Assembly (NCBI GenBank): GCA_963740825.1
Contig: CAVUFD010000001.1
Coordinates: forward strand, 2,625,543-2,689,542
Origin: an uncultured Chloroflexia bacterium
Lineage (GTDB): Bacteria > Chloroflexota > Limnocylindria > Limnocylindrales > CSP1-4
Direction of reading: 5' to 3'
DNA: 64,000 nucleotides
Below, piece by piece: positions 41,207 to 50,619 of this stretch; position 1 is the first letter of the stretch, and each line of letters begins with the position of its first letter. The notes below the pieces were generated by a model that had not been told where the DNA came from, ran no database searches, and worked only from the letters and a program-made list of their open reading frames with translations. The position numbers and the translations under genes are program-made.

Positions 41207-41299
41207 GCGCGGGAGTCTACCCGAGGGTCCCGGATCGGCCCCTCGACGGGCCCGGGCGCTACGCCTCGGCCGGCGCATCGGCGCCGCCTGGCACCTCCG

Positions 41300-42631
41300 T
41301 CAGTCGGGGACGCTCACGAGGATCCGTGCCGGTGGCTCGTCGGTGCCGGCGCGGCGGGCGGCCTTGGCGCCGCCCGGCCGGTGCTCGATCGTGCCGCCCG
41401 ACTTGACGACCCGGTTCGCGAAGTCGGCCGACTTCACCCGCTCGCCGACCTTCACGTTGCGCCCCAGGCGCACCCCGCGCGGCACGACCGACTGCTTGCC
41501 GACCACGGTGATGCCGGTGGTCAGCCGGCCCGGCTCCTGGCGGTTGGGCGTGTCGTAGTCGGGCCCGTCGCCCACGATCGCCGTCTGGCCGATCACGACC
41601 TCCTTGTCCAGGATGGCGCGGTCGACCACGGCCCCGGACCGGATCACGGTGTCGAACATGACGATCGAGTCGCGCACCACGGCCCCCACGTCGACCCGCA
41701 CGCCGGGTGACAGGACGCTGTTGACCACCATCCCGTTGATCACGCAGCCGTGCGAGATCAGGCTCCGGTGCACCTGCGCGGTGGGGCCGATCTTGGCCGG
41801 CGCGCGCTCCTCGGACCGGGTGTGGATCAGCCACTCGCGGTCATACAGGTCGAGCTCGGGAATGTCGTCGAGGAGCGCCATGTTGGCCTCCCAGTACGAC
41901 TGGATCGTGCCGACGTCCTGCCAGTAGCCGTCGAACCGGTAGCCGTAGACCCGGGCCCCGCCCTCGAGCATCGCCGGGATCACGTCGCGCCCGAAGTCCT
42001 TGAGCTCCTCGGACAGCCAGCGGTTGAGCGCCCGCTTCGAGAACACGTACACGCCCATGGAGGCGAGGTCGCTCTTGGGCTGCTTGGGCTTCTCCTGCCA
42101 TTCGACCACGCGGTCCTGGTCGTCGAGCGCGAGGACGCCCATTCGGCTGGCCTCGGCGATCGGGACGCGGCGGACGGCGATCGTCACGTCCGCGCGCTTG
42201 CGCCGGTGGGCCGCCAGGAACGGCTGGTAGTCCATCTTGTAGATGTGGTCGCCGGCCAGGATGAGCACGGTGTCGCCCGAGCTGTGCTCGACGACGTTGA
42301 TGTTCTGGAGCACCGCGTCGGCGGTCCCGCCGTACCACTCCGCCACGCGGCCGCGCTTGATGTACGGCTGCAGCATCTTGATGCCGCCGGTGTTGCGGTC
42401 GAGGTCCCAGGGACGGCCGAGGCCGATGTGGTCGTTGAGCGACCGCGGGTTGTACTGGGTCAGCACCACCACGTCGTCGACGCCGGAGTTCACGCAGTTG
42501 GACAGCGTGAAGTCGATGATCCGGTACTTGCCGCCGAACGGGACCGCGGGCTTGGCGCGCACGGACGACAGGATGGACAGGCGCTCGCCCTCCCCGCCCG
42601 CGAGGATCACTGCCATCACCGGTTTGACCAA
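41300..42631 (-). CDS. glgC: Glucose-1-phosphate adenylyltransferase
   Basis: [45 protein letters not shown] is the canonical GlgC N-terminus; C-terminal LbH domain. Start at ATG 42631 or 42616. Confidence 0.9.
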   Translation of the reverse strand: MVKPVMAVILAGGEGERLSILSSVRAKPAVPFGGKYRIIDFTLSNCVNSGVDDVVVLTQYNPRSLNDHIGLGRPWDLDRNTGGIKMLQPYIKRGRVAEWYGGTADAVLQNINVVEHSSGDTVLILAGDHIYKMDYQPFLAAHRRKRADVTIAVRRVPIAEASRMGVLALDDQDRVVEWQEKPKQPKSDLASMGVYVFSKRALNRWLSEELKDFGRDVIPAMLEGGARVYGYRFDGYWQDVGTIQSYWEANMALLDDIPELDLYDREWLIHTRSEERAPAKIGPTAQVHRSLISHGCVINGMVVNSVLSPGVRVDVGAVVRDSIVMFDTVIRSGAVVDRAILDKEVVIGQTAIVGDGPDYDTPNRQEPGRLTTGITVVGKQSVVPRGVRLGRNVKVGERVKSADFANRVVKSGGTIEHRPGGAKAARRAGTDEPPARILVSVPD

Positions 42632-42721
42632 GCGTCGTCACTCCGCATACGGCCGACCTGGGGCGATGCTAGCACCGTGCCGGTGAACGCCCGTCCATTC
42701 CGGCCGGCGGGGCCGTGACGG

Positions 42722-44083
42722 CTAGGTGAACAGCCTGGGGTTCACGAACTCGCCGTTGAGCTCGACCATCCAGTGCAGGTGGGCGCCGGTCGAGTGGCCG
42801 GTGTTGCCCTCGTAGCCGATGACCTGGCCGGCGCTGACGCTCTGGCCCGCCCGCACCTTGTAACGCGACTGCATGTGCGCGTACCACGTGGTCAGGCTCT
42901 GCGAGTGGGCGATGATCACGATCCAGGCGGGGTCGGCGCCGTCGGCATAGTTCCAGCCGACGTAGACGACGCGACCGGCGCCCGAGGCGTGGACCGGGGT
43001 GCCGTACGGGGCGACGATGTCGATGCCGTTGTGCCAGTGGGCGCAGCTGCCCATTGGCGGCTCGTACACCACCCCGGTGCAGCCGAAGCCCTGGGTGACC
43101 ACGCCGCCCATCGGCCAACGCAGCGTCCCGTTGTACTGCGACGGGATGTTGCCGTGGTTGTACTGCCGCGCGACCAGCCGGTTGATCTTGTGCTGGAGCT
43201 GCCGCTTCGCCGCCGCGGTCGCCGCGAGGGCGTGGCGCATGCGCGCCTCGTCGGCGGCCATCCGGGCGTACTGCGCGCGCTCGGCCCGGAGCGCGGCCTC
43301 GGCCTGTCGCTCGAGCTGGCGCAGGTGCGCCTGCGCGGCCTTCAGCTCCTTGAGGCGCTGATCGAGCTTCTGCTTCTGGACCGCCGTCTGCTGGCGGATG
43401 GTGTTGGTCGCCGCGCGGGCCTCCTCGACCGTCTGGTGCAGGCTCTCCAGCGTCGCGCGGTCCTCGGCGACCTGCGCCGCGAGCGCCTTGTCCTGGTCCG
43501 CGGCGTCCAGCTGCGAGCTCATCTCGGCGAGCATGTCCGTGAAGTTGGCGCCGGACAGGAAGGTCTCGAGCATCGAGGTGCGCTCCGCCTCGTACGCCTC
43601 GCGGATGCGCTCGGCGAGCTGGGCCTTGCGGACGCCGAGCTCCTCCTTCTTCGCGGTCTCCTGGTCCTCGATGCGCTGGACCTGGAGGTCGAGGTCGGCG
43701 AGCTGGTTGACCAGCGACTGGTAGCTGGCCTTGACGACGTCGATGTCGTCGATCAGGTTCGAGACGCGACGCTGGGTGGCCGCCAGGTCGTCGGTGATGC
43801 CCATGAGCTGGTCGCGCGTCTGGGCGATCGCGCCCGCGAGGCTCGCCTGGGAGTCGTTGAGCTGGGCGATCAGCTTCTTCTGGTCGGCGATCTTCTTCTC
43901 GAGCGCGCGCTGCTGCGCCTGCGCGTCGGCCAGCTCGTCGGCGCGGACCGCCGTCGGCGACGTCGCGGCGGGCGCGGCGAACAGCCCCACGAGGAGGGGG
44001 ATCGAGAGGATTGCGAGGAGGAGGTGGGATCTGCGGCCTCGACGCGACCGCGGAAACTGCTGGGCTGTCGCTTGGCGGGTCAA
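42722..44083 (-). CDS. M23 family peptidoglycan DD-metalloendopeptidase with N-terminal coiled coil (EnvC-like)
   Basis: Signal peptide, about 280 aa of coiled coil, then M23 motifs HNGIDI...TGHSTGAHLHWM at the C-terminus. Confidence 0.8.
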   Translation of the reverse strand: MTRQATAQQFPRSRRGRRSHLLLAILSIPLLVGLFAAPAATSPTAVRADELADAQAQQRALEKKIADQKKLIAQLNDSQASLAGAIAQTRDQLMGITDDLAATQRRVSNLIDDIDVVKASYQSLVNQLADLDLQVQRIEDQETAKKEELGVRKAQLAERIREAYEAERTSMLETFLSGANFTDMLAEMSSQLDAADQDKALAAQVAEDRATLESLHQTVEEARAATNTIRQQTAVQKQKLDQRLKELKAAQAHLRQLERQAEAALRAERAQYARMAADEARMRHALAATAAAKRQLQHKINRLVARQYNHGNIPSQYNGTLRWPMGGVVTQGFGCTGVVYEPPMGSCAHWHNGIDIVAPYGTPVHASGAGRVVYVGWNYADGADPAWIVIIAHSQSLTTWYAHMQSRYKVRAGQSVSAGQVIGYEGNTGHSTGAHLHWMVELNGEFVNPRLFT

Positions 44084-44289
44084 CGAGCAGGCGTCCTCAT
44101 CTCGTGCGAGCGTTGTCGAGTCTGGCGCTACGGCGGGGGTACGAAGCGCGCGAACAAGTTCACGCCCGCCGGATCTGGCACCGCCTCAGAGGCACTCCCG
44201 AGACGACCGGTTCCCGGCTTCCGGGCAGTGTACCAGCGCGGGCAACACGCTCAGCCGAGCTTGACCCGGTCGTCCCAGGCTCGATCAAT

Positions 44290-44600
44290 GGGCAATGCGC
44301 CGCATTGGCTCGCCGAGGCGAACCTGCCCTGTACTCGTGAGGCGAGTGCTGCGCGGTGACGTCGCCACGAGGCGGGCGCTCATCCGCCAGTCCGAGCGCG
44401 GCCCCTTCCTCCGATCTGGCCATGCACTCGTGGGGCGAGTACAAGGCGAAGCCGGGACCTCGCGACGGCGCCCAATACTCACTCCACGAGTCGATGGCGC
44501 GGTTACTGGCCATATTCGATGCTTCGCACTCACCCGGCGAGTACCTGCCGCCGTGAGTCCAACTTGCACTCTCCTAGCGAGTACAAGGCGAAGCGAGGGG
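44290..44600. repeat. Cluster 1 of degenerate 19-bp palindromic repeats (GCACTCG-N5-CGAGTAC), 5 copies with about 51-bp periodicity, plus a 7-1-7 palindrome
   Basis: Units at 44331-49 (GTACTCGTGAGGCGAGTGC), 44424-42 (GCACTCGTGGGGCGAGTAC), 44475-93, 44526-44 and 44566-84. Units 2 and 5 share the extension CGAGTACAAGGCGAAGC. Also CAATGCGCCGCATTG at 44291-44307. Non-coding region between the M23 gene start and the prepilin peptidase gene end. Confidence 0.6.
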
Positions 44601-44633
44601 CGACGGGCCGACGGGGCGAAGGGGCGACGAGCG

Positions 44634-45287
44634 CTATTTGATCGCGAAGATCGCCCACAGCGCGCCGATGATCAGGAACGGGCCGAACGGGATGAAGGTC
44701 TTGAGGGTGATCCGGCGGGCGACCAGAAGGATCACGATCACGACGCCCGCGAGCAGCGCCCCGTAGATCACGCCCACGAACAGGCGGTACGGTCCGGCCA
44801 GCAGGCCGACCGAGACCAGCAGCTTCAGGTCGCCCTGGCCGATCGCTCCCGCGCCGAACGGGATCGACACCAGGAACAGGATCCCGGGCACGACGATCGC
44901 GAACACGATCGCGATCGGCAGCTGGTCGAGCGAGACCAGGGGGTTGAGGCCGGCGATGTCGAGCACGAGGGCGATCGGGATCGCGGGCAGCGTCAGCTCG
45001 TTGGGCAGCAGGCGCTGGTCGAGGTCCGTGGCGAGCAGCAGGACGAGCGCGACCGAGTAGGCGCCGAAGATCAGCGCCGGGACCGGCTCCGGGAAGCGCA
45101 GCGTGAGGGCGCCCAGCACGAGCACGCCGGTGACCACGACCACGGGCGTCCGCCAGTCGATCGCGCGGACGCTGCCGTCCTCGTGCTCGGGCCAGCGGGC
45201 GGCGATGCGGTCGGCGACGAACCCCCACACGCCGCCGAGGGCGGCCAGGAGGACGGCGAGCAGGTTGATCGAGAGCGAGTCGAACAC
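44634..45287 (-). CDS. A24 family prepilin peptidase (CpaA/TadV/PilD-like)
   Basis: Polytopic membrane protein with catalytic Asp motifs LATDLDQRLLP and GAIGQGDLKLL, and C-terminal FIPFGPFLIIG. Confidence 0.8.
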   Translation of the reverse strand: MFDSLSINLLAVLLAALGGVWGFVADRIAARWPEHEDGSVRAIDWRTPVVVVTGVLVLGALTLRFPEPVPALIFGAYSVALVLLLATDLDQRLLPNELTLPAIPIALVLDIAGLNPLVSLDQLPIAIVFAIVVPGILFLVSIPFGAGAIGQGDLKLLVSVGLLAGPYRLFVGVIYGALLAGVVIVILLVARRITLKTFIPFGPFLIIGALWAIFAIK

Positions 45288-45335
45288 GGGCCGGAGTCTA
45301 GGGCTCGATCCGTCGGACGCGCGGTCCCCCGATGG

Positions 45336-46847
45336 TCAGGCTCCCGCTGCCCCCGCCAGTGCCAGCTCGACGAGCGTCGCGTGGGTCACGCCGGTCGCGC
45401 CTCGCGGCGCGTACGGGTAGGTCTTGCGGAAGTACCCGGTCCCGCCGATGTCGAGGTGGGCCCACGGCACGATCCGGAACTGCTCGAGGAACAGGCCGCT
45501 CTTGACGAGGGAGCCGTCCGGCGTGCCGGTGTTCTGGATGTCGGCGTACCAGCTCTCCATCTCGGTCATGTAGTCCTTGATCAGCGGGATCCGCCAGTAC
45601 CGCTCGCCGGCGCGGTCCGCCGCGGCGCTGAGCTGGTCCCACCACGGGTCTGGGGTCGCGAAGGCCCCGGTGACGATGTTGCCGAAGGCGCGGCCCACGG
45701 CACCGGTCAGCGTGGCGACGTCGACGATGTGCGTCGCGCCCAGCTGCTCGGCATAGGTCATCGCGTCGCCCAGGATCAGTCGGCCCTCGGCGTCGGTGTT
45801 GATGATGTCGACCCACTTGCCGTTCATGGCCTTGACGATGTCGCCGGGCCGGGTCGCCCCGCCGCCGGGCATGTTCTCGACCGCCGGGGCGACGGCGAGC
45901 AGCGGCAGCCCGGGCGACAGCCGCGCGACGGTGGCGATGGCCGCGATCACGGTGCACGCACCGGTCTTGTCCATCTTCATCTCTTCCATGCGATCGCCGG
46001 GCTTGATGCTGATGCCGCCGGAGTCGAAGCACACGCCCTTGCCGACCATCGCGAGGTGCCGCCCCAGCGCGTCCTTCTCGCCTTCGCCGCCCGAGCGCAT
46101 CACGATCATCCGTGGCTTGTTCGCGCTCCCCTGCCCCACGGCCAGGAACATGCCCATGCCGAGCTTGGCCGCCCGCTTCTCGTCGACGACATCGATCCAC
46201 AGCCCGTTGGCCGCCGCGATCTCGCCGGCCTCGTCGGCCAGGACCTGGGGCGTGACGTCGTTGGCCGCCCGGTTCGAGAGGCGGCGCGCGACGTTCGCGC
46301 CTTCGCCGATGATCCGACCCCGCTCGGCGGCCTTGGCCAGCGCCGCGGCGTCTCCGCCGGCCGCGATCAGCACCAGCTCGTCGAGCACGGGCGGCGCGGC
46401 GTCGCTGTCCTCGCGGTAGATCGTCTTGGGCTCGAAGCCACCTTCGACGACGCCCCGGGCGACGAGGTCGGCGACGAGCGCGACGTCTCCGCCCAGCGAC
46501 ACCGCCAGCGGATCGAGCCACACCGCCATCGCCTTGACGTCGCGGTTGATCAGTCGCCGGATCGCCCGCGCGGCGAACTTGCGCACGGTCTCACGGTCGA
46601 GGTCCTCGGCGTGCCCGGCCGAGACGACCAGTACGCGCCGCGCCGGGAGCTCCCCGGATGACCCGAGCGCCGTCCCGTAGCGACGGTCGCGCAGCTCGCC
46701 GAACGCCTGCAGCGCGCGCAGCTCGCCGCTCGATCGACGATCGAGCTCGTCGTAGGCGCCGGTGAACTCGAGCTCGCCGACGACGGGCACGACGAGGACG
46801 TCGGTCGCGACCTCCCACGGCTGGTCGGTGACAACACGGATCTGCAC
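45336..46847 (-). CDS. pepA: Leucyl aminopeptidase (M17 family)
   Basis: GTG start at 46847, 8 nt after GGAGG. M17 signature NTDAEGRLILGD and DVATLTGA. Confidence 0.9.
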   Translation of the reverse strand: MQIRVVTDQPWEVATDVLVVPVVGELEFTGAYDELDRRSSGELRALQAFGELRDRRYGTALGSSGELPARRVLVVSAGHAEDLDRETVRKFAARAIRRLINRDVKAMAVWLDPLAVSLGGDVALVADLVARGVVEGGFEPKTIYREDSDAAPPVLDELVLIAAGGDAAALAKAAERGRIIGEGANVARRLSNRAANDVTPQVLADEAGEIAAANGLWIDVVDEKRAAKLGMGMFLAVGQGSANKPRMIVMRSGGEGEKDALGRHLAMVGKGVCFDSGGISIKPGDRMEEMKMDKTGACTVIAAIATVARLSPGLPLLAVAPAVENMPGGGATRPGDIVKAMNGKWVDIINTDAEGRLILGDAMTYAEQLGATHIVDVATLTGAVGRAFGNIVTGAFATPDPWWDQLSAAADRAGERYWRIPLIKDYMTEMESWYADIQNTGTPDGSLVKSGLFLEQFRIVPWAHLDIGGTGYFRKTYPYAPRGATGVTHATLVELALAGAAGA

Positions 46848-46966
46848 GAAGGAATCCTCCCGGTGAGCACCACGACCGGCTGTGCCCCCCGGCAGGTCGT
46901 ACGAGGCTGGGAAACTTGCGGGCAAGTGTACCGGCGGCCGCGCCGACGGCGAGGGCCGGGTCGCGC

Positions 46967-47932
46967 CTAGCCGGGCAGCTCGGGCGCCTGCTGGAGCTGG
47001 TGCTGGAGGTCGAGCGCGGATGACAACGCGCCGCGAGCCTGCTCGATCGAGATGACCGCCTGGTTGAGGCCGCCCCGGGCGACGTCCGACATGATCACGA
47101 CCAGCGCGCGCGTGTCCGCCGGCAGCTGCTGGCGCGCGGACTCCACATCGCCGAACGCCGCGCGCACGCGGTCGGTCACCCGGCCCTTCGAGTCGAGCAT
47201 GGCGTCATACAGCCGGCGGACGGCGGCGTCGTAGGTCGCGTTGCGGTCGAGCCAGGTCGAGAGCGTCGAGACGTCCGTCGTGGCGGCCAGGTCGCCCTGG
47301 AGCTTCCGCGCCTGGTCGACCATCGCGTCGGACTTGTCCAGGAGGTCGAGGGCCTTCTGGTAGTGGGCGGCCGTGCCCTCGGCGACGGCGTCCGCCGTCT
47401 GCTGGTCGTGGCGCGTGAGGAGGTTGGTCAGCGTGGCCGCGCTCAGGGCGCGCCCGGAGAAGCCCGCCCAGTCCGTCTCGAGCGCGTCCGTCACGCCACG
47501 GGTCGCGGACAGCGCCTGGTAGCGGTGGATCATCGCGTCGGACAACGTGAGCTCCGGCCTCGAGGCAACGCCCGGCACGTCGGCGAGCGCCTGGTCGAGC
47601 TCGGCCGCGTCGCCCTGCACGGTTCCCACCTGCATGGTGCCGGCAGCGATCGTCTCGGCCAGGCCGCCGAGGTCGCCGGCCACGACCTGGGTCAGCGCCT
47701 GGCGCGCGGTCGTTCCGAGGCCGTCCACGTCGTCGGACAGGACCAGCAGCTGGTCGGTCGCGGCGTCGATCGCCGGGCGAGCCGCCTCGTCGCCCGTCCA
47801 CGTCAGCTCCGGCCGGCCCGGGGTCCCGGGCATGTGATTCATCGAGGCGACGATCCCGGCTGCGCCCAGCGCGATCAGCAGCGCGGCGGCGATCCAGGCG
47901 ATCGCGAGCAGCAGGGTCCTGAGCACATTCAC
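46967..47932 (-). CDS. Hypothetical membrane-anchored protein (N-terminal TM, long alpha-helical ectodomain)
   Basis: N-terminal helix LLLAIAWIAAALLIALGAAGIV followed by Ala/Thr/Asp-rich helical sequence. No recognised domain. Confidence 0.5.
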   Translation of the reverse strand: MNVLRTLLLAIAWIAAALLIALGAAGIVASMNHMPGTPGRPELTWTGDEAARPAIDAATDQLLVLSDDVDGLGTTARQALTQVVAGDLGGLAETIAAGTMQVGTVQGDAAELDQALADVPGVASRPELTLSDAMIHRYQALSATRGVTDALETDWAGFSGRALSAATLTNLLTRHDQQTADAVAEGTAAHYQKALDLLDKSDAMVDQARKLQGDLAATTDVSTLSTWLDRNATYDAAVRRLYDAMLDSKGRVTDRVRAAFGDVESARQQLPADTRALVVIMSDVARGGLNQAVISIEQARGALSSALDLQHQLQQAPELPG

Positions 47933-48039
47933 GGCGCGGAGCGTAGCCGGTCAGGGCCGAGGGCGCCCCTGGCCAGGCTACCCGAAGGCGGCTTGCGGCC
48001 CGTCTCGCCCCCTGCCGGCGCCGCTTGGAACGGCTCGGC

Positions 48040-48993
48040 TCAGGTCGCGGGCTGCCGCGGCTCCTGGTCCGCGAGGCGCCTGGCGACGTGGGCGAGGCCA
48101 CCCTCCATCGGCCGCGGCTCGAACCCGAAGGCCGACCGGACGGCGTCGAGGGGGCCGATGTTGTCGAACCTGAGCTGGCGCAGCTGGTCGGTGGCGACCG
48201 GGAACGGGAGCCGGACGAGCTCAGCCGAGCCCGCGACGAGGCGGATCAGCGGCACCGGCATCGGGACGAGGACCCGCATCTTCCCCATGGCCCGAAGGAC
48301 CTCCTCGACGATCTCCCGGTACGTCCAGTAGCGCGGGCCGCCGAGCGGGTACTCGCGCCGGATGGTGGTGTCGTCCGCGAGCACGGCCACGAGCACCCGG
48401 GCCAGGTCGTCGATCGCCAGCGGCTGGAACCGCGCGCCACCGCTGCCGGTGATCGGGACCACGCCCGGCGACATGCGGACGAGGCCCGCGATCAGGTTGA
48501 AGAACCCGTCACGCGGCCCGAACAGCAGCGAAGGGGCGAGGATGGTCCAGTCGAGCCCGCTGTCGCTGACGATCGCCATCGCCTTGGCCTTGGAGCTCGC
48601 GTAGTGCAGGTCCGGGTCGTCGACCACGGCCAGCGCGCCCTGGTGGACGAGCCGTCGGACGCCGACCTCGCGCGCCGCATGGACGACGTTGCGCGTGCCC
48701 TCGGTGTTGACGAGGCGGAGGCTTTGGCCGCCATCGAAGTCCCGCGGGATCGCGGCGAGGTGCACGATCGCGTCGACCCCGGCCATGGCCGGCCGCAGCG
48801 TCGCCGGCCGCGTGACGTCGCCGATCCGCGTTTCCAGGGCCGCGCGCTGTGCCGTCGAGAGACGCCGCGCGACGAGCGCGGCGGCGTCATCGTCCCGCAC
48901 CAGCCCCACGACCCGGTGCCCATCGTCGATCAGCGCGGGGATCATGTGGCTGCCGACGAATCCGGAGGCGCCGGTGACGAGGATGGTGGCCAT
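48040..48993 (-). CDS. NAD(P)H-binding SDR-family protein (NmrA/complex I 39 kDa-like epimerase/dehydratase fold)
   Basis: Rossmann motif ILVTGASGFVGSHMI at the N-terminus. Atypical SDR length of 317 aa. Confidence 0.75.
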   Translation of the reverse strand: MATILVTGASGFVGSHMIPALIDDGHRVVGLVRDDDAAALVARRLSTAQRAALETRIGDVTRPATLRPAMAGVDAIVHLAAIPRDFDGGQSLRLVNTEGTRNVVHAAREVGVRRLVHQGALAVVDDPDLHYASSKAKAMAIVSDSGLDWTILAPSLLFGPRDGFFNLIAGLVRMSPGVVPITGSGGARFQPLAIDDLARVLVAVLADDTTIRREYPLGGPRYWTYREIVEEVLRAMGKMRVLVPMPVPLIRLVAGSAELVRLPFPVATDQLRQLRFDNIGPLDAVRSAFGFEPRPMEGGLAHVARRLADQEPRQPAT

Positions 48994-49094
48994 GGGGTTG
49001 TGCTCCAGCGTTTCGCGCGAGTCTCTAAGAACTGGCTACTTCAGAAGAACATGATACTCGCTAGGAACAAGATGTCGAACGGGCGTGCGGTGCC

Positions 49095-49300
49095 TCGGCC
49101 GCACGGCTGCGGTCCCTCCGTGCGCCCCACGCACATTCCTGCCCCAGCGACCGCCGTGGCCGGTCAAGATCGTGCTCCCGACGCACACTCCTGACGCCAC
49201 TGGTCACCGATGTGCGTCCACCGCACGGATCCGACCCGCAGAGGCGCCGTCGCGTCCGTTCGCGGTCAACAATGTGCGCCCCACGCACGCCGGGCTCCGC
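49095..49300. repeat. Four GTGCG-N5/9-CGCAC hairpin (REP-like) repeats immediately upstream of the IS110-family element
   Basis: CGTGCGGTGCCTCGGCCGCACGG (49095-117), GTGCGCCCCACGCAC (about 49130), GTGCGTCCACCGCAC (about 49221), GTGCGCCCCACGCAC (about 49284). Confidence 0.5.
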
Positions 49301-50612
49301 CCTCAGTCACGCGCTCCGGGCGCGCTCCTGGCGCGCGCCGCCCACGGCCGTCGCTACCATCGGGTGTGAGTGTCACCCTCGGTAGCGTCTCCCGGTTTGG
49401 CTCGTACCCTCGTTGCCCGTCCCGTGGGCGTGGCTTCCATGCGTTGTGCCGGCCGGGAGACGCGAACGACCGGCCGGCGTGACTTGATAGGAGCGTGGCT
49501 CCGCCCCAACTCAGCCGTGTCCGCCGACCGGTCCTCGGTCACCTCATGCGAGGAGGAGACACGGAGATGGTCATCCTGGGCGCGGATCTGCACAAGCGCT
49601 GGCACACCGTCGTGGCCGTGAGCGAGACCGGCCGCAAGCTCGGCGAGAAGACCATCCCGGCCAGCCCCGAGGGGCATCTCGAGCTCCGCCGCTGGGCAGC
49701 GAGGTTCCCGGACCGGCGCTGGGCCCTCGAGGACTGCCGGCACCTGTCGCGCCGCCTGGAGGTCGACCTCCTGCGCTCGGGCGAGTCGGTCGTCCGGGTG
49801 CCACCCAAGCTCATGGCGGGGGTCCGCCGCTCGGTCCGCGAGCCCGGCAAGAGCGATCCGATCGACGCGTACGCCGTCGCCCAGGCGGTGCTGCGGGAAC
49901 CGGACCTGCCGGTCGCGACGCTCGACGGCCCGGAGCGCGAGCTGCGGCGGCTGGTCGACCATCGCGACGACCTCGTGGCCGAGCGCACCCGGCACATCCA
50001 GCGGCTGCGCTGGCACCTGCTCGACCTGGGCATCGCGGAGCCCGGGGCCCGCTCGCTCGACCGGGCGGTCGTGGTGGCGGACCTCGAGACCCGCCTCGCC
50101 GGCCGCGCCGAGCCCGCGGCGCGGCTTGCCCGCGACATCCTGGGCCGACTGCGCGACCTGACGTCGGCGATCCGCTCGCTCGAGCGCGAGATCGAGGCCC
50201 TCGTCGTCGCCCTGGCGCCCACCCTGCTCGCCCTGCCCGGCTGCGGGTCGCTCACCGCTGCCAAGATCGTGGGCGAGGCGGCCGGGATCAGCCGCTTCCG
50301 GTCCAAGGAGGCGTTCGCCCGCCACAACGGCTCGGCGCCGGTGCCGGTCTGGTCGGGCAACGTCACCCGCTTCCGGCTCTCGCGGGGCGGCAACCGGCAG
50401 CTCAACCTCGCTCTCCACCGGATCGCCATCACGCAGATGCGGATCGACGACCGCGGCCGCGCATACCTCGAGCACCGCCGAGCCGCCGGCGACACCAAAG
50501 ACCGAGGCCATCCGGGCGCTGCGTCGCAGGATCAGCGACGAGGTGTTCCGCCGCCTTCGGGCCGACGAGGCAGCCCGGGTGACGACCCTGGCTGCCGCGG
50601 CTTGACATAGGA
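49300..50612 (+). mobile_element. IS110-family insertion sequence (boundaries approximate) with structured about 260-nt 5' non-coding leader
   Basis: Single DEDD transposase ORF. No terminal inverted repeats, as typical for IS110. The leader 49300-49566 contains nested hairpins (GCTACCatcGGGTGtgagtgtCACCCtcGGTAGC at 49356-93; CCGGCCGGgagacgcgaacgaCCGGCCGG). The transposase stop lies within about 15 bp of the adenosine deaminase RBS. Confidence 0.5.
49567..50605 (+). CDS. IS110 family transposase (DEDD_Tnp_IS110 + Transposase_20), apparent +1 frameshift about 35 codons before the C-terminus
   Basis: N-terminus MVILGADLHKRWHTVVAV (DEDD motif region). C-domain PGCGSLTAAKIVGEAAGISRF. At 50491-50500 (gacaccAAAgac) frame 0 gives ...AAGDTKDRGHPGAASQ..., but shifting one base gives ...TEAIRALRRRISDEVFRRLRADEAARVTTLAAAA* (stop 50603-05), which is the conserved IS110 C-terminus. 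Confidence 0.8.
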
Positions 50613-50619
50613 GCAACCC

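Noticed and set aside
44356-44556. 66-aa ORF with repeated HSxGEY peptide motifs (HSWGEY, HSPGEY, HSPSEY) inside repeat cluster 1.
   Set aside because: The peptide repeat is a by-product of translating the palindrome CAC-TCN...GAG-TAC. The copies fall in different frames, and the same motif appears on both strands.
49567-50605. Programmed ribosomal frameshifting in the IS110 transposase.
   Set aside because: IS110-family transposases are not known to use programmed frameshifting (unlike IS3/IS1). The shift removes only the last about 35 residues at an AAA run, so a homopolymer error or a point mutation is more likely.
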